DNA of 64,000 nucleotides from Eledone cirrhosa. Its lineage: Eukaryota. Each line of letters starts with the position of its first letter. Positions within the stretch are counted from its first letter, which is position 1. The notes beneath the pieces are model-generated. The model saw nothing but the letters and a program-made list of their open reading frames with translations. It did no database searches and was not told the origin of the DNA. The position numbers were made by a program, and so were the translations under genes. This document shows, in pieces, positions 12,995-24,719 of this stretch. Location of the stretch: NCBI GenBank assembly GCA_964016885.1, contig OZ024741.1:248868001-248932000 (forward strand). Direction: 5' to 3'.

Positions 12995-15900
12995 GGGAGA
13001 TAATTTCCAGCCGTCCAAGGGGAGGTAATATCTAGCCATCCAAGGGGAGATAATTTCCAGCCGTCCAAGGGGAGATAATTTCCAGCCGTCCAAGGGGAGA
13101 TAATTTCCAGCCGTCCAAGGGGAGATAATATCCAGCCGTCCAAGGAGACATATTTTCCAGCCGACCAAGGAGAGGTAATTTCTAGCCGTCCAAGGGGAGA
13201 TAAGTTCCAGCCTCCAAGGGGAGATAATTTCCAGCCAGCCAAGGGGAGATAATTTGTAAAAAAATCAGGGGGAGATAATTTGTAAAAAAAAAATCAGGGG
13301 GAGATAATTTGTAAAAAATCAGGGGGAGATAATTTGTAAAAAAAAAATCAGGGGGAGATAATTTGTAAAAAAAATCAGGGGGAGATAATTTGTAAAAAAA
13401 ATCAGGGGGAGATAATTTGTAAAAAAAATCAGGGGGAGATAATTTGTAAAAAAAATCAGGGGGAGATAATTTGTAAAAAAAATCAGGGGTAGATAATTTT
13501 CAGCCGTCCAAGGGGAGATAATTTCCATCCTTCCAAGGGGAGATAATTTCCAGCCGTCCAAGGGGAGATAATTTCCCGCCAGCCAAGGAGAGATAACATT
13601 TAAAAAAATGAGGCGGAGATAATTTGTAAAAAAAATCAGGGGGAGATAATTTGTAAAAAAATCAGGGGGAGATAATTTGTAAAAAAAATCAGGGGTAGAT
13701 AATTTCCAGCCGTCCAAGGGGAGATAATTTCCATCCTTCCAAGGGGAGATAATTTCCAGCCGTCCAAGGGGAGATAATTTCCCGCCAGCCAAGGAGAGAT
13801 AATATTTAAAAAAATCAGGCGGAGATAATTTGTAAAAAAATCAGGGGGAGATAATTTGTAAAAAAAAATCAGGGGGAGATAATTTGTAAAAAAAATCAGG
13901 GGGAGATAATTTGTAAAAAAAAATCAGGGGTAGATAATTTGTAAAAAAAAATCAGGGGGAGATAATTTGTAAAAAAAAATCAGGGGGAGATAATTTGTAA
14001 AAAAATCAAGGGGAGATAATTTCCAGCCGTCCAAGGGGAGATAATTTTCAGCCGTCCAAGGAGAGGTAATTTCTAGCCGTCCAAGGGGAGATAATTTCCA
14101 GCCGTCCAAGGGGAGATAATTTTTTTAAAAAAATCAGGCGGAGATAATTTGTAAACAAAAATCAGGGGGAGAGAATTTGTAAAAAAAAATCAGGGGGAGA
14201 TAATTTGTAAAAAAAAATCAGGGGGAGATAATTTGTAAAAAAAATCAAGGGGAGATAATTTCCAGCCGTCCAAGGGGAGGTAATATCTAGCCATCCAAGG
14301 GGAGATAATTTCCAGCCGTCCAAGGGGAGATAATTTCCAGCCGTCCAAGGGGAGATAATATCCAGCCGTCCAAGGAGACATATTTTCCAGCCGTCCAAGG
14401 AGACGTAATTTCTAGCCGTCCAAGGGGAGATAAGTTCCAGCCTCCAAGGGGAGATAATTTCCAGCCAGCCAAAGGGAGATAATTTGTAAAAAAATTAGGG
14501 GGAGATAATTTGTAAAAAAAAATTAGGGGGAGATAATTTGTAAAAAAAAATCAGGGGGAGATAATTTGTAAAAAAAAATCAGGGGGAGATAATTTGTAAA
14601 AAAAATCAAGGGGAGATAATTTCCAGCCGTCCAAGGGGAGATAATTTTCAGCCGTCCAAGGAGAGGTAAATTGTAGCCGTCCAAGGAGATATAATTTCCA
14701 GCCGTCCAAGGGGAGATAATTTCCAGCCGTCCAAGGGGAGATAATTTTTAAAAAAAAATCAGGCGGAGATAATTTGTAAACAAAAATCAGGGGGAGATAA
14801 TTTGTAAAAAAAATCAGGGGGAGATAATTTGTAAAAAAAAATCAGGGGTAGATAATTTGTAAAAAAAAATCAGGGGGAGATAATTTGTAAAAAAAAATCA
14901 GGGGGAGATAATTTGTAAAAAAATCAAGGGGAGATAATTTCCAGCCGTCCAAGGGGAGATAATTTTCAGCCGTCCAAGGAGAGGTAATTTCTAGCCGTCC
15001 AAGGGGAGATAATTTCCAGCCGTCCAAGGGGAGATAATTTTTTTAAAAAAATCAGGCGGAGATAATTTGTAAACAAAAATCAGGGGGAGAGAATTTGTAA
15101 AAAAAAATCAGGGGGAGATAATTTGTAAAAAAAAATCAGGGGGAGATAATTTGTAAAAAAAATCAAGGGGAGATAATTTCCAGCCGTCCAAGGGGAGGTA
15201 ATATCTAGCCATCCAAGGGGAGATAATTTCCAGCCGTCCAAGGGGAGATAATTTCCAGCCGTCCAAGGGGAGATAATATCCAGCCGTCCAAGGAGACATA
15301 TTTTCCAGCCGTCCAAGGAGACGTAATTTCTAGCCGTCCAAGGGGAGATAAGTTCCAGCCTCCAAGGGGAGATAATTTCCAGCCAGCCAAAGGGAGATAA
15401 TTTGTAAAAAAATTAGGGGGAGATAATTTGTAAAAAAAAATTAGGGGGAGATAATTTGTAAAAAAAAATCAGGGGGAGATAATTTGTAAAAAAAAATCAG
15501 GGGGAGATAATTTGTAAAAAAAATCAAGGGGAGATAATTTCCAGCCGTCCAAGGGGAGATAATTTTCAGCCGTCCAAGGAGAGGTAAATTGTAGCCGTCC
15601 AAGGAGATATAATTTCCAGCCGTCCAAGGGGAGATAATTTCCAGCCGTCCAAGGGGAGATAATTTTTAAAAAAAAATCAGGCGGAGATAATTTGTAAACA
15701 AAAATCAGGGGGAGATAATTTTTAAAAAAAAATCAGGGGGAGATAATTTGTAAAAAAAAATCAGGGGGAGATAATTTGTAAAAAAAATCAAGGGGAGATA
15801 ATTTCCAGCCGTCCAAGGGGAGGTAATATCTAGCCATCCAAGGGGAGATAATTTCCAGCCGTCCAAGGGGAGATAATTTCCAGCCGTCCAAGGGGAGATA

Positions 15901-16630
15901 ATATCCAGCCGTCCAAGGAGACATATTTTCCAGCTGTCCAAGGAGAGGTAATTTCTAGCCGTCCAAGGGGAGATAAGTTCCAGCCTCCAAGGGGAGATAA
16001 TTTCCAGCCAGCCAAGGGGAGATAATTTGTAAAAAAATCAGGGGGGAGATAATTTGTAAAAAAAATCAGGGGGAGATAATTTGAAAAAAAAATCAGGGGG
16101 AGATAATTTGTAAAAAATATCAAGGGGAGATAATTTCCAGCCCTCCAAGGGGCTATAATTTCCAGCCGTGCAAGGGGAGATAATTTCCAGCCGTCCAAGG
16201 GGAGATAATTTCCATCCTTCCAAGGGGAGATAATTTCTAGCCGTCCAAGGGGAGATAATTTCCCGCCAGCCAAGGGAAGATAATTTTTTAAAAAATCAGG
16301 CGGAGATTGTAAAAAAAATCAGGGGGAGATAATTTGTAAAAAAATCAGGGGGAGATAATTTGTAAAAAAAAAATCAGGGGGAGATAATTTGTAAAAAAAA
16401 ATCAGGGGGAGATAATTTGTAAAAAAAATCAGGGGTGATAATTTGTAAAAAAAATCAGGGGTAGATAATTTGTAAAAAAAATCAGGGGGAGATAATTTGT
16501 AAAAAAATCAGGGGGAGATAATTTGTAAAAAAAATCAGGGGTAGATAATTTTCAGCCGTCCAAGGGGAGATAATTTCCATCCTTCCAAGGGGAGATAATT
16601 TCCAGCCGTCCAAGGGGAGATAATTTCCCG
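12995..16630 (+). repeat. Dispersed copy of about 2880-6540 (offset 10115, then 10088 after loss of one 27-bp B monomer)
   Basis: Shared private variants: ATGAGGCGG (3495/13610), CAGCTGTCC (5847/15935), a 10-monomer P cassette and the internal 918-bp duplication. Confidence 0.9.
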
Positions 16631-16659
16631 CCAGCCAAGGAGAGATAACATTTAAAAAA

Positions 16660-19345
16660 ATCAGGCGGAGATAATTTGTAAAAAAAATCAGGGGGAGATA
16701 ATTTGTAAAAAAATCAGGGGGAGATAATTTGTAAAAAAAAAATCAGGGGGAGATAATTTGTAAAAAAAATCAGGGGGAGATAATTTGTAAAAAAAAATCA
16801 GGGGTAGATAATTTGTAAAAAAAAATCAGGGGGAGATAATTTGTAAAAAAAAATCAGGGGGAGATAATTTGTAAAAAAATCAAGGGGAGATAATTTCCAG
16901 CCGTCCAAGGGGAGATAATTTTCAGCCGTCCAAGGAGAGGTAATTTCTAGCCGTCCAAGGGGAGATAATTTCCAGCCGTCCAAGGGGAGATAATTTTTTT
17001 AAAAAAATCAGGCGGAGATAATTTGTAAACAAAAATCAGAGGGAGAGAATTTGTAAAAAAAAATCAGGGGGAGATAATTTGTAAAAAAAAATCAGGGGGA
17101 GATAATTTGTAAAAAAAATCAAGGGGAGATAATTTCCAGCCGTCCAAGGGGAGGTAACATCTAGCCATCCAAGGGGAGATAATTTCCAGCCGTCCAAGGG
17201 GAGATAATTTCCAGCCGTCTAAGGGGAGATAATATCCAGCCGTCCAAGGAGACATATTTTCCAGCCGTCCAAGGAGACGTAATTTCTTGCCGTCCAAGGG
17301 GAGATAAGTTCCAGCCTCCAAGGGGAGATAATTTCCAGCCAGCCAAGGGGAGATAATTTGTAAAAAAATTAGGGGGAGATAATTTGTAAAAAAAAATTAG
17401 GGGGAGATAATTTGTAAAAAAAAATCAGGTGGAGATAATTTGTAAAAAAAAATCAGGGGGAGATAATTTGTAAAAAAAATCAAGGGGAGATAATTTCCAG
17501 CCGTCCAAGGGGAGATAATTTTCAGCCGTCCAAGGAGAGGTAAATTGTAGCCGTCCAAGGAGATATAATTTCCAGCCGTCCAAGGGGAGATAATTTCCAG
17601 CCGTCCAAGGGGCGATAATTTTTAAAAAAAAATCAGGCGGAGATAATTTGTAAACAAAAATCAGGGGGAGATAATTTTTAAAAAAAAATCAGGGGGAGAT
17701 AATTTGTAAAAAAAAATCAGGGGGAGATAATTTGTAAAAAAAATCAAGGGGAGATAATTTCCAGCCGTCCAAGGGGACGTAATATCTAGCCATCCAAGGG
17801 GAGATAATTTCCAGCCGTCCAAGGGGAGATAATTTCCAGCCGTCCAAGGGGAGATAATATCCAGCCGTCCAAGGAGACATATTTTCCAGCCGTCCAAGGA
17901 GAGGTAATTTCTAGCCGTCCAAGGGGAGATAAGTTCCAGCCTCCAAGGGGAGATAATTTCCAGCCAGCCAAGGGGAGATAATTTGTAAAAAAATCAGGGG
18001 GGAGATAATTTGTAAAAAAAATCAGGGGGAGATAATTTGAAAAAAAAATCAGGGGGAGATAATTTGTAAAAAATATCAAGGGGAGATAATTTCCAGCCCT
18101 CCAAGGGGCTATAATTTCCAGCCGTGCAAGGGGAGATAATTTCCAGCCGTCCAAGGGGAGATAATTTCCATCCTTCCAAGGGGAGATAATTTCCAGCCGT
18201 CCAAGGGGAGATAATTTCCCGCCAGCCAAGGGAAGATAATTTTTTAAAAAATCAGGCGGAGATTGTAAAAAAAATCAGGGGGAGATAATTTGTAAAAAAA
18301 TCAGGGGGAGATAATTTGTAAAAAAAAAATCAGGGGGAGATAATTTGTAAAAAAAAATCAGGGGGAGATAATTTGTAAAAAAAATCAGAGGTGATAATTT
18401 GTAAAAAAAATCAGGGGTAGATAATTTGTAAAAAAAATCAGGGGGAGATAATTTGTAAAAAAAATCAGGGGGAGATAATTTGTAAAAAAAATCAGGGGTA
18501 GATAATTTTCAGCCGTCCAAGGGGAGATAATTTCCATCCTTCCAAGGGGAGATAATTTCCAGCCGTCCAAGGGGAGATAATTTCCCGCCAGCCAAGGAGA
18601 GATAACATTTAAAAAAATCAGGCGGAGATAATTTGTAAAAAAATCAGGGGGAGATAATTTGTAAAAAAAATCAGGGGTAGATAATTTTCAGCCGTCCAAG
18701 GGGAGAATATTTCCATCCTTCCAAGGGGAGATAATTTCCAGCCGTCCAAGGGGAGATAATTTCCCGCCAGCCAAGGAGAGATAACATTTAAAAAAATCAG
18801 GGGGAGATAATTTGTAAAAAAAAATCAGGGGGAGATAATTCGTAAAAAAAAATCAGGGGGAGATAATTTGTAAAAAAAAATCAGGGGTAGATAATTTGTA
18901 AAAAAAAATCAGGGGGAGATAATTTGTAAAAAAAAAATCAGGGGGAGATAATTTGTAAAAAAATCAAGGGGAGATAATTTCCAGCCGTCCAAGGGGAGAT
19001 AATTTTCAGCCGTCCAAGGAGAGGTAATTTCTAGCCGTCCAAGGGGAGATAATTTCCAGCCGTCCAAGGGGAGATAATTTTTTTAAAAAAATCAGGCGGA
19101 GATAATTTGTAAACAAAAATCAGGGGGAGATAATTTGTAAAAAAAAATCAGGGGGAGATAATTTGTAAAAAAAAATCAGGGGGAGATAATTTGTAAAAAA
19201 AATCAAGGGGAGATAATTTGTAAAAAAAAATCAGGGGTAGATAATTTGTAAAAAAAAATCAGGGGGAGATAATTTGTAAAAAAAAAATCAGGGGGAGATA
19301 ATTTTTAAAAAAATCAAGGGGAGATAATTTCCAGCCGTCCAAGGG
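16660..19345 (+). repeat. Dispersed copy of about 10385-13020 (offset 6274, then 6324)
   Basis: ORF offsets 10524/16798, 11387/17661 and 12061/18385. Shared private variants GGGGCGATAA, TCAGAGGTGA and GAGAATATTT. Confidence 0.9.
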
Positions 19346-21949
19346 GAGATAATTTTCAGCCGTCCAAGGAGAGGTAATTTCTAGCCGTCCAAGGGGAGAT
19401 AATTTCCAGCCAGCCAAGGGGAGATAATTTGTAAAAAAATCAGGGGTAGATAATTTGTAAAAAAAAATCAGGGGGAGATAATTTGTAAAAAAAATCAGGG
19501 GGAGATAATTTGTAAAAAAAATCAGGGGGAGATAATTTGTAAAAAAAATCAGGGGTAGATAATTTTCAGCCGTCCAAGGGGAGATAATTTCCATCCTTCC
19601 AAGGGGAGATAATTTCCAGCCGTCCAAGGGGAGATAATTTCCCGCCAGCCAAGGAGAGATAACATTTAAAAAAATCAGGCGGAGATAATTTGTAAAAAAA
19701 ATCAGGGGGAGATAATTTGTAAAAAAATCAGGGGGAGATAATTTGTAAAAAAAATCAGGGGTAGATAATTTCCAGCCGTCCAAGGGGAGATAATTTCCAT
19801 CCTTCCAAGGGGAGATAATTTCCAGCCGTCCAAGGGGAGATAATTTCCCGCCAGCCAAGGAGAGATAATATTTAAAAAAATCAGGCGGAGATAATTTGTA
19901 AAAAAAATCAGGGGGAGATAATTTGTAAAAAAATCAGGGGGAGATAATTTGTAAAAAAAAATCAGGGGGAGATAATTTGTAAAAAAAATCAGGGGGAGAT
20001 AATTTGTAAAAAAAATCAGGGGTAGATAATTTGTAAAAAAAAATCAGGGGGAGATAATTTGTAAAAAAAAAATCAGGGGGAGATAATTTGTAAAAAAATC
20101 AAGGGGAGATAATTTCCAGCCGTCCAAGGGGAGATAATTTTCAGCCGTCCAAGGAGAGGTAATTTCTAGCCGTCCAAGGGGAGATAATTTCCAGCCGTCC
20201 AAGGGGAGATAATTTTTTAAAAAAAATCAGGCGGAGATAATTTGTAAACAAAAATCAGGGGGAGATAATTTGTAAAAAAAAATCAGGGGGAGATAATTTG
20301 TAAAAAAAAATCAGGGGGAGATAATTTGTAAAAAAAATCAAGGGGAGATAATTTCCAGCCGTCCAAGGGGAGGTAATATCTAGCCATCCAAGGGGAGATA
20401 ATTTCCAGCCGTCCAAGGGGAGATAATTTCCAGCCGTCCAAGGGGAGATAATATCCAGCCGTCCAAGGAGACATATTTTCCAGCCGACCAAGGAGAGGTA
20501 ATTTCTAACCGTCCAAGGGGAGATAAGTTCCAGCCTCCAAGGGGAGATAATTTCCAGCCAGCCAAGGGGAGATAATTTGTAAAAAAATCAGGGGGAGATA
20601 ATTTGTAAAAAAAAAATCAGGGGGAGATAATTTGTAAAAAAATCAGGGGGAGATAATTTGTAAAAAAAAAATCAGGGGGAGATAATTTGTAAAAAAAATC
20701 AGGGGGAGATAATTTGTAAAAAAAATCAGGGGTAGATAATTTGTAAAAAAAATCAGGGGGAGATAATTTGTAAAAAAAATCAGGGGGAGATAATTTGTAA
20801 AAAAAATCAGGGGTAGATAATTTTCAGCCGTCCAAGGGGAGATAATTTCCATCCTTCCAAGGGGAGATAATTTCCAGCCGTCCAAGGGGAGATAATTTCC
20901 CGCCAGCCAAGGAGAGATAACATTTAAAAAAATCAGGCGGAGATAATTTGTAAAAAAAATCAGGGGGAGATAATTTGTAAAAAAATCAGGGGGAGATAAT
21001 TTGTAAAAAAAATCAGGGGTAGATAATTTCCAGCCGTCCAAGGGGAGATAATTTCCATCCTTCCAAGGGGAGATAATTTCCAGCCGTCCAAGGGGAGATA
21101 ATTTCCCGCCAGCCAAGGAGAGATAATATTTAAAAAAATCAGGCGGAGATAATTTGTAAAAAAAATCAGGGGGAGATAATTTGTAAAAAAATCAGGGGGA
21201 GATAATTTGTAAAAAAAAATCAGGGGGAGATAATTTGTAAAAAAAATCAGGGGGAGATAATTTGTAAAAAAAAATCAGGGGTAGATAATTTGTAAAAAAA
21301 AATCAGGGGGAGATAATTTGTAAAAAAAAATCAGGGGGAGATAATTTGTAAAAAAATCAAGGGGAGATAATTTCCAGCCGTCCAAGGGGAGATAATTTTC
21401 AGCCGTCCAAGGAGAGGTAATTTCTAGCCGTCCAAGGGGAGATAATTTCCAGCCGTCCAAGGGGAGATAATTTTTTTAAAAAAATCAGGCGGAGATAATT
21501 TGTAAACAAAAATCAGGGGGAGAGAATTTGTAAAAAAAAATCAAGGGGAGATAATTTGTAAAAAAAAATCAGGGGGAGATAATTTGTAAAAAAAATCAAG
21601 GGGAGATAATTTCCAGGCGTCCAAGGGGAGGTAATATCTAGCCATCCAAGGGGAGATAATTTCCAGCCGTCCAAGGGGAGATAATTTCCAGCCGTCCAAG
21701 GGGAGATAATATCCAGCCGTCCAAGGAGACATATTTTCCAGCCGTCCAAGGAGACGTAATTTCTAGCCGTCGAAGGGGAGATAAGTTCCAGCCTCCAAGG
21801 GGAGATAATTTCCAGCCAGCCAAGGGGAGATAATTTGTAAAAAAATTAGGGGGAGATAATTTGTAAAAAAAAATTAGGGGGAGATAATTTGTAAAAAAAA
21901 ATCAGGGGGAGATAATTTGTAAAAAAAAATCAGGGGGAGATAATTTGTA

Positions 21950-22565
21950 AAAAAAATCAGAGGGAGATAATTTGTAAAAAAAAAATCAGGGCGAGATAAT
22001 TTGTAAAAAAAAATCAGGGGGAGATAATTTGTAAAAAAAAATCAGGGGGAGATAATTTGTAAAAAAAATCAGGGGTAGATAATTTGTAAAAAAAATCAGG
22101 GGGAGATAATTTGTAAAAAAAATCAGGGGGAGATAATTTGTAAAAAAAATCAAGGGGAGATAATTTGCAGCCGTCCAAGGGGAGATAATTTTCAGCCGTC
22201 CAAGGAGAGATAATTTCTAGCCGTTCAAGGGGAGATAATTTCCAGCCGTCCAAGGGGAGATAATTTCCAGCCGTCCAAGGGGAGATAATTTTTAAAGAAA
22301 AATCAGACGGAGATAATTTGTAAAAAAAAATCAGGGGGAGATAATTTGTAAAAAAAAATCAGGGGGAGATAATTTGTAAAAAAAGATCAGGGGTAGATAA
22401 TTTGTAAAAAAAATCAAGGGGAGATAATTTCCAGCCGTTCAAGGGAAGATAATTTCCAGCCCTCCAAGGGGCTATAATTTCCAGCGTCCAAGGGGAGATA
22501 ATTTCCAGCCAGCGAAGAGGAGATAATTTTTTTTTAAAAATCATTGGGAGATTTGTAAAAAAAAT
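21950..22565 (+). repeat. Copy of the variant-rich segment at about 8860-9480 (offset about 13090)
   Basis: Shared rare variants CAGAGGGAGA, GGGCGAGA, TTTGCAGCCG, CCGTTCAA, CAGACGG, AAAGATCA, CAGCGAAGAGG and ATCATTGGGAGATTTG. Confidence 0.92.
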
Positions 22566-23099
22566 CAGGGGGAGATAATTTGTAAAAAAAAATCAGGGGG
22601 AGATAATTTGTAAAAAAAAATCAGGGGGATATAATTTGTAAAAAAAATCAAGGGGAGATAATTTCCAGCCGTCCAAGGGGAGGTAATATCTAGCCATCCA
22701 AGGGGAGATAATTTCCAGCCGTCCAAGGGGAGATAATTTCCAGCCGTCCAAGGGGAGATAATATCCAGCCGTCCAAGGAGACATATTTTCCAGCCGTCCA
22801 ATGAGAGGTAATTTCTAGCCGTCCAAGGGGAGATAAGTTCCAGCCTCCAAGGGGAGATAATTTCCAGCCAGCCAAGGGGAGATAATTTGTAAAAAAATCA
22901 GGGGGAGATAATTTGTAAAAAAAATCAGGGGGAGATAATTTGTAAAAAAAAATCAGGGGAGATAATTTGTAAAAAAAAATCAGGGGGAGATAATTTGTAA
23001 AAAAAAATCAGGGGGAGATAATTTGTAAAAAAAATCAAGGGGAGATAATTTCCAGCCGTCCAAGGGGAGATAATTTTCAGCCGTCCAAGGAGAGGTAAA

Positions 23100-24420
23100 T
23101 TCTAGCCGTCCAAGGAGAGATAATTTCCAGCCGTCCAAGGTGAGATAATTTCCAGCCGTCCAAGGGGAGATAATTTTTTAAAAAAAATCAGGCGCAGATA
23201 AGTTGTAAAAAAAAATCAGGGGGAGATAATTTGTAAAAAAAAATCAGGGGGAGATAATTTGTAAAAAAAATCAAGTGGAGATAATTTCCAGCCGTCCAAG
23301 GGAAGATAATTTCCAGCCCTCCAAGGGGCTATAATTTCCAGCGTCCAAGGGGAGATAATTTCCAGCTAGGGAAGGGGAGATAATTTTTTTTTAAAAATCA
23401 CTGGGAGATTTGTAAAAAAAATCAGGGGGAGATAATTTGTAAAAAACTCAAGGGGTGATAATTTCCAGCCGTCCAAAGAGAGATAATTTCTAGCCGTCCA
23501 AGGGGAGATAATTTCCAGCCAAGGGGAGATAATTTCCAGCCTTCCAAGGGGAGATAATTTTTAAAAAAATCAGGTGGAGATAATTTGTAAAAAAAATCAG
23601 TGGAAGATAATTTGTAAAAAGAAAATCAAGGGCAGATAATTTCCAGCCGTCCAAGGGGAGATAATTTCCCGCCAGCCAAGGGAAGATAATATATAAAAAA
23701 ATCAGGCGGAGATAATTTGTAAAAAAAATCAGGGGGAGATAATTTGTAAAAAAATCAGGGGGAGATAATTTGTAAAAAAAAATCAGGGGGAAATAATTTG
23801 TAAAAAAAATCAGGGGGAGATAATTTGTAAAAAAAAATCAGGGGGAGATAATTTGTAAAAAAAATCAAGGGGAGATAATTTCCAGCCGTCCAAGGGGAGG
23901 TAATTTTCAACCGTCCAAGGGGAGATAATTTCCCGCCAGCCAAGGGAAGATAATATTTAAAAAAATCAGGCGGAGATAATTTGTAAAAAAAATCAGGGGG
24001 AGATAATTTGTAAAAAAATCAGGGGGAGATAATTTGTAAAAAAAAAATCAGGGGGAGATAATTTGTAAAAAAAATCAGGGGGAGATAATTTGTAAAAAAA
24101 ATCAGGGGTAGATAATTTGTAAAAAAAAATCAGGGGGAGATAATTTGTAAAAAAAATCAGGGGGAGATAATTTGTAAAAAAAATCAGGGGTAGATAATTT
24201 CCCGCCGTCCAAGGGGAGATAATTTCCATCCTTCCAAGGGGAGATAATTTCCAGCCGTCCAAGGGGAGATAATTTCCAGCCGTCCAAGGGGAGATCATTT
24301 TTAAAAAAAAATAGGCGGAGATAATTTGTAAACAAAAATCAGGGGGAGATAATTTGTAAAAAAAAATCAGGGGGAGATAATTTGTAAAAAAAAATCAGGG
24401 AGATAATTTGTAAAAAAAAT
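23100..24420 (+). repeat. Most diverged island of the satellite
   Basis: Dense rare variants: GGCGCAGATAAGTT, CAAGTGG, CAGCTAGGGAA, ATCACTGGG, a 21-bp truncated A monomer near 23510, CAGTGGAAG, AAGGGCAGA, GAGATCATT and ATAGGCGG. Confidence 0.8.
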
Positions 24421-24719
24421 CAAGGGGAGATAATTTCCAGCCGTCCAAGGGGAGGTAATATCTAGCCATCCAAGGGGAGATAATTTCCAGCCGTCCAAGG
24501 GGAGATAATTTCCAGCCGTCCAAGGGGAGATAATATCCAGCCGTCCAAGGAGACATATTTTCCAGCCGTCCAAGGAGAGGTAATTTCTAACCGTCCAAGG
24601 GGAGATAAGTTCCAGCCTCCAAGGGGAGATAATTTCCAGCCAGCCAAGGGGAGATAATTTGTAAAAAAATCAGGGGGAGATAATTTGTAAAAAAAAATCA
24701 GGGGGAGATAATTTGTAAA

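Noticed and set aside
10385-19345. LTR-element-like layout (long direct repeats flanking an internal region)
   Set aside because: Both the flanks and the interior are pure satellite. There are no TG...CA termini, primer-binding site, target-site duplication or gag/pol coding sequence.
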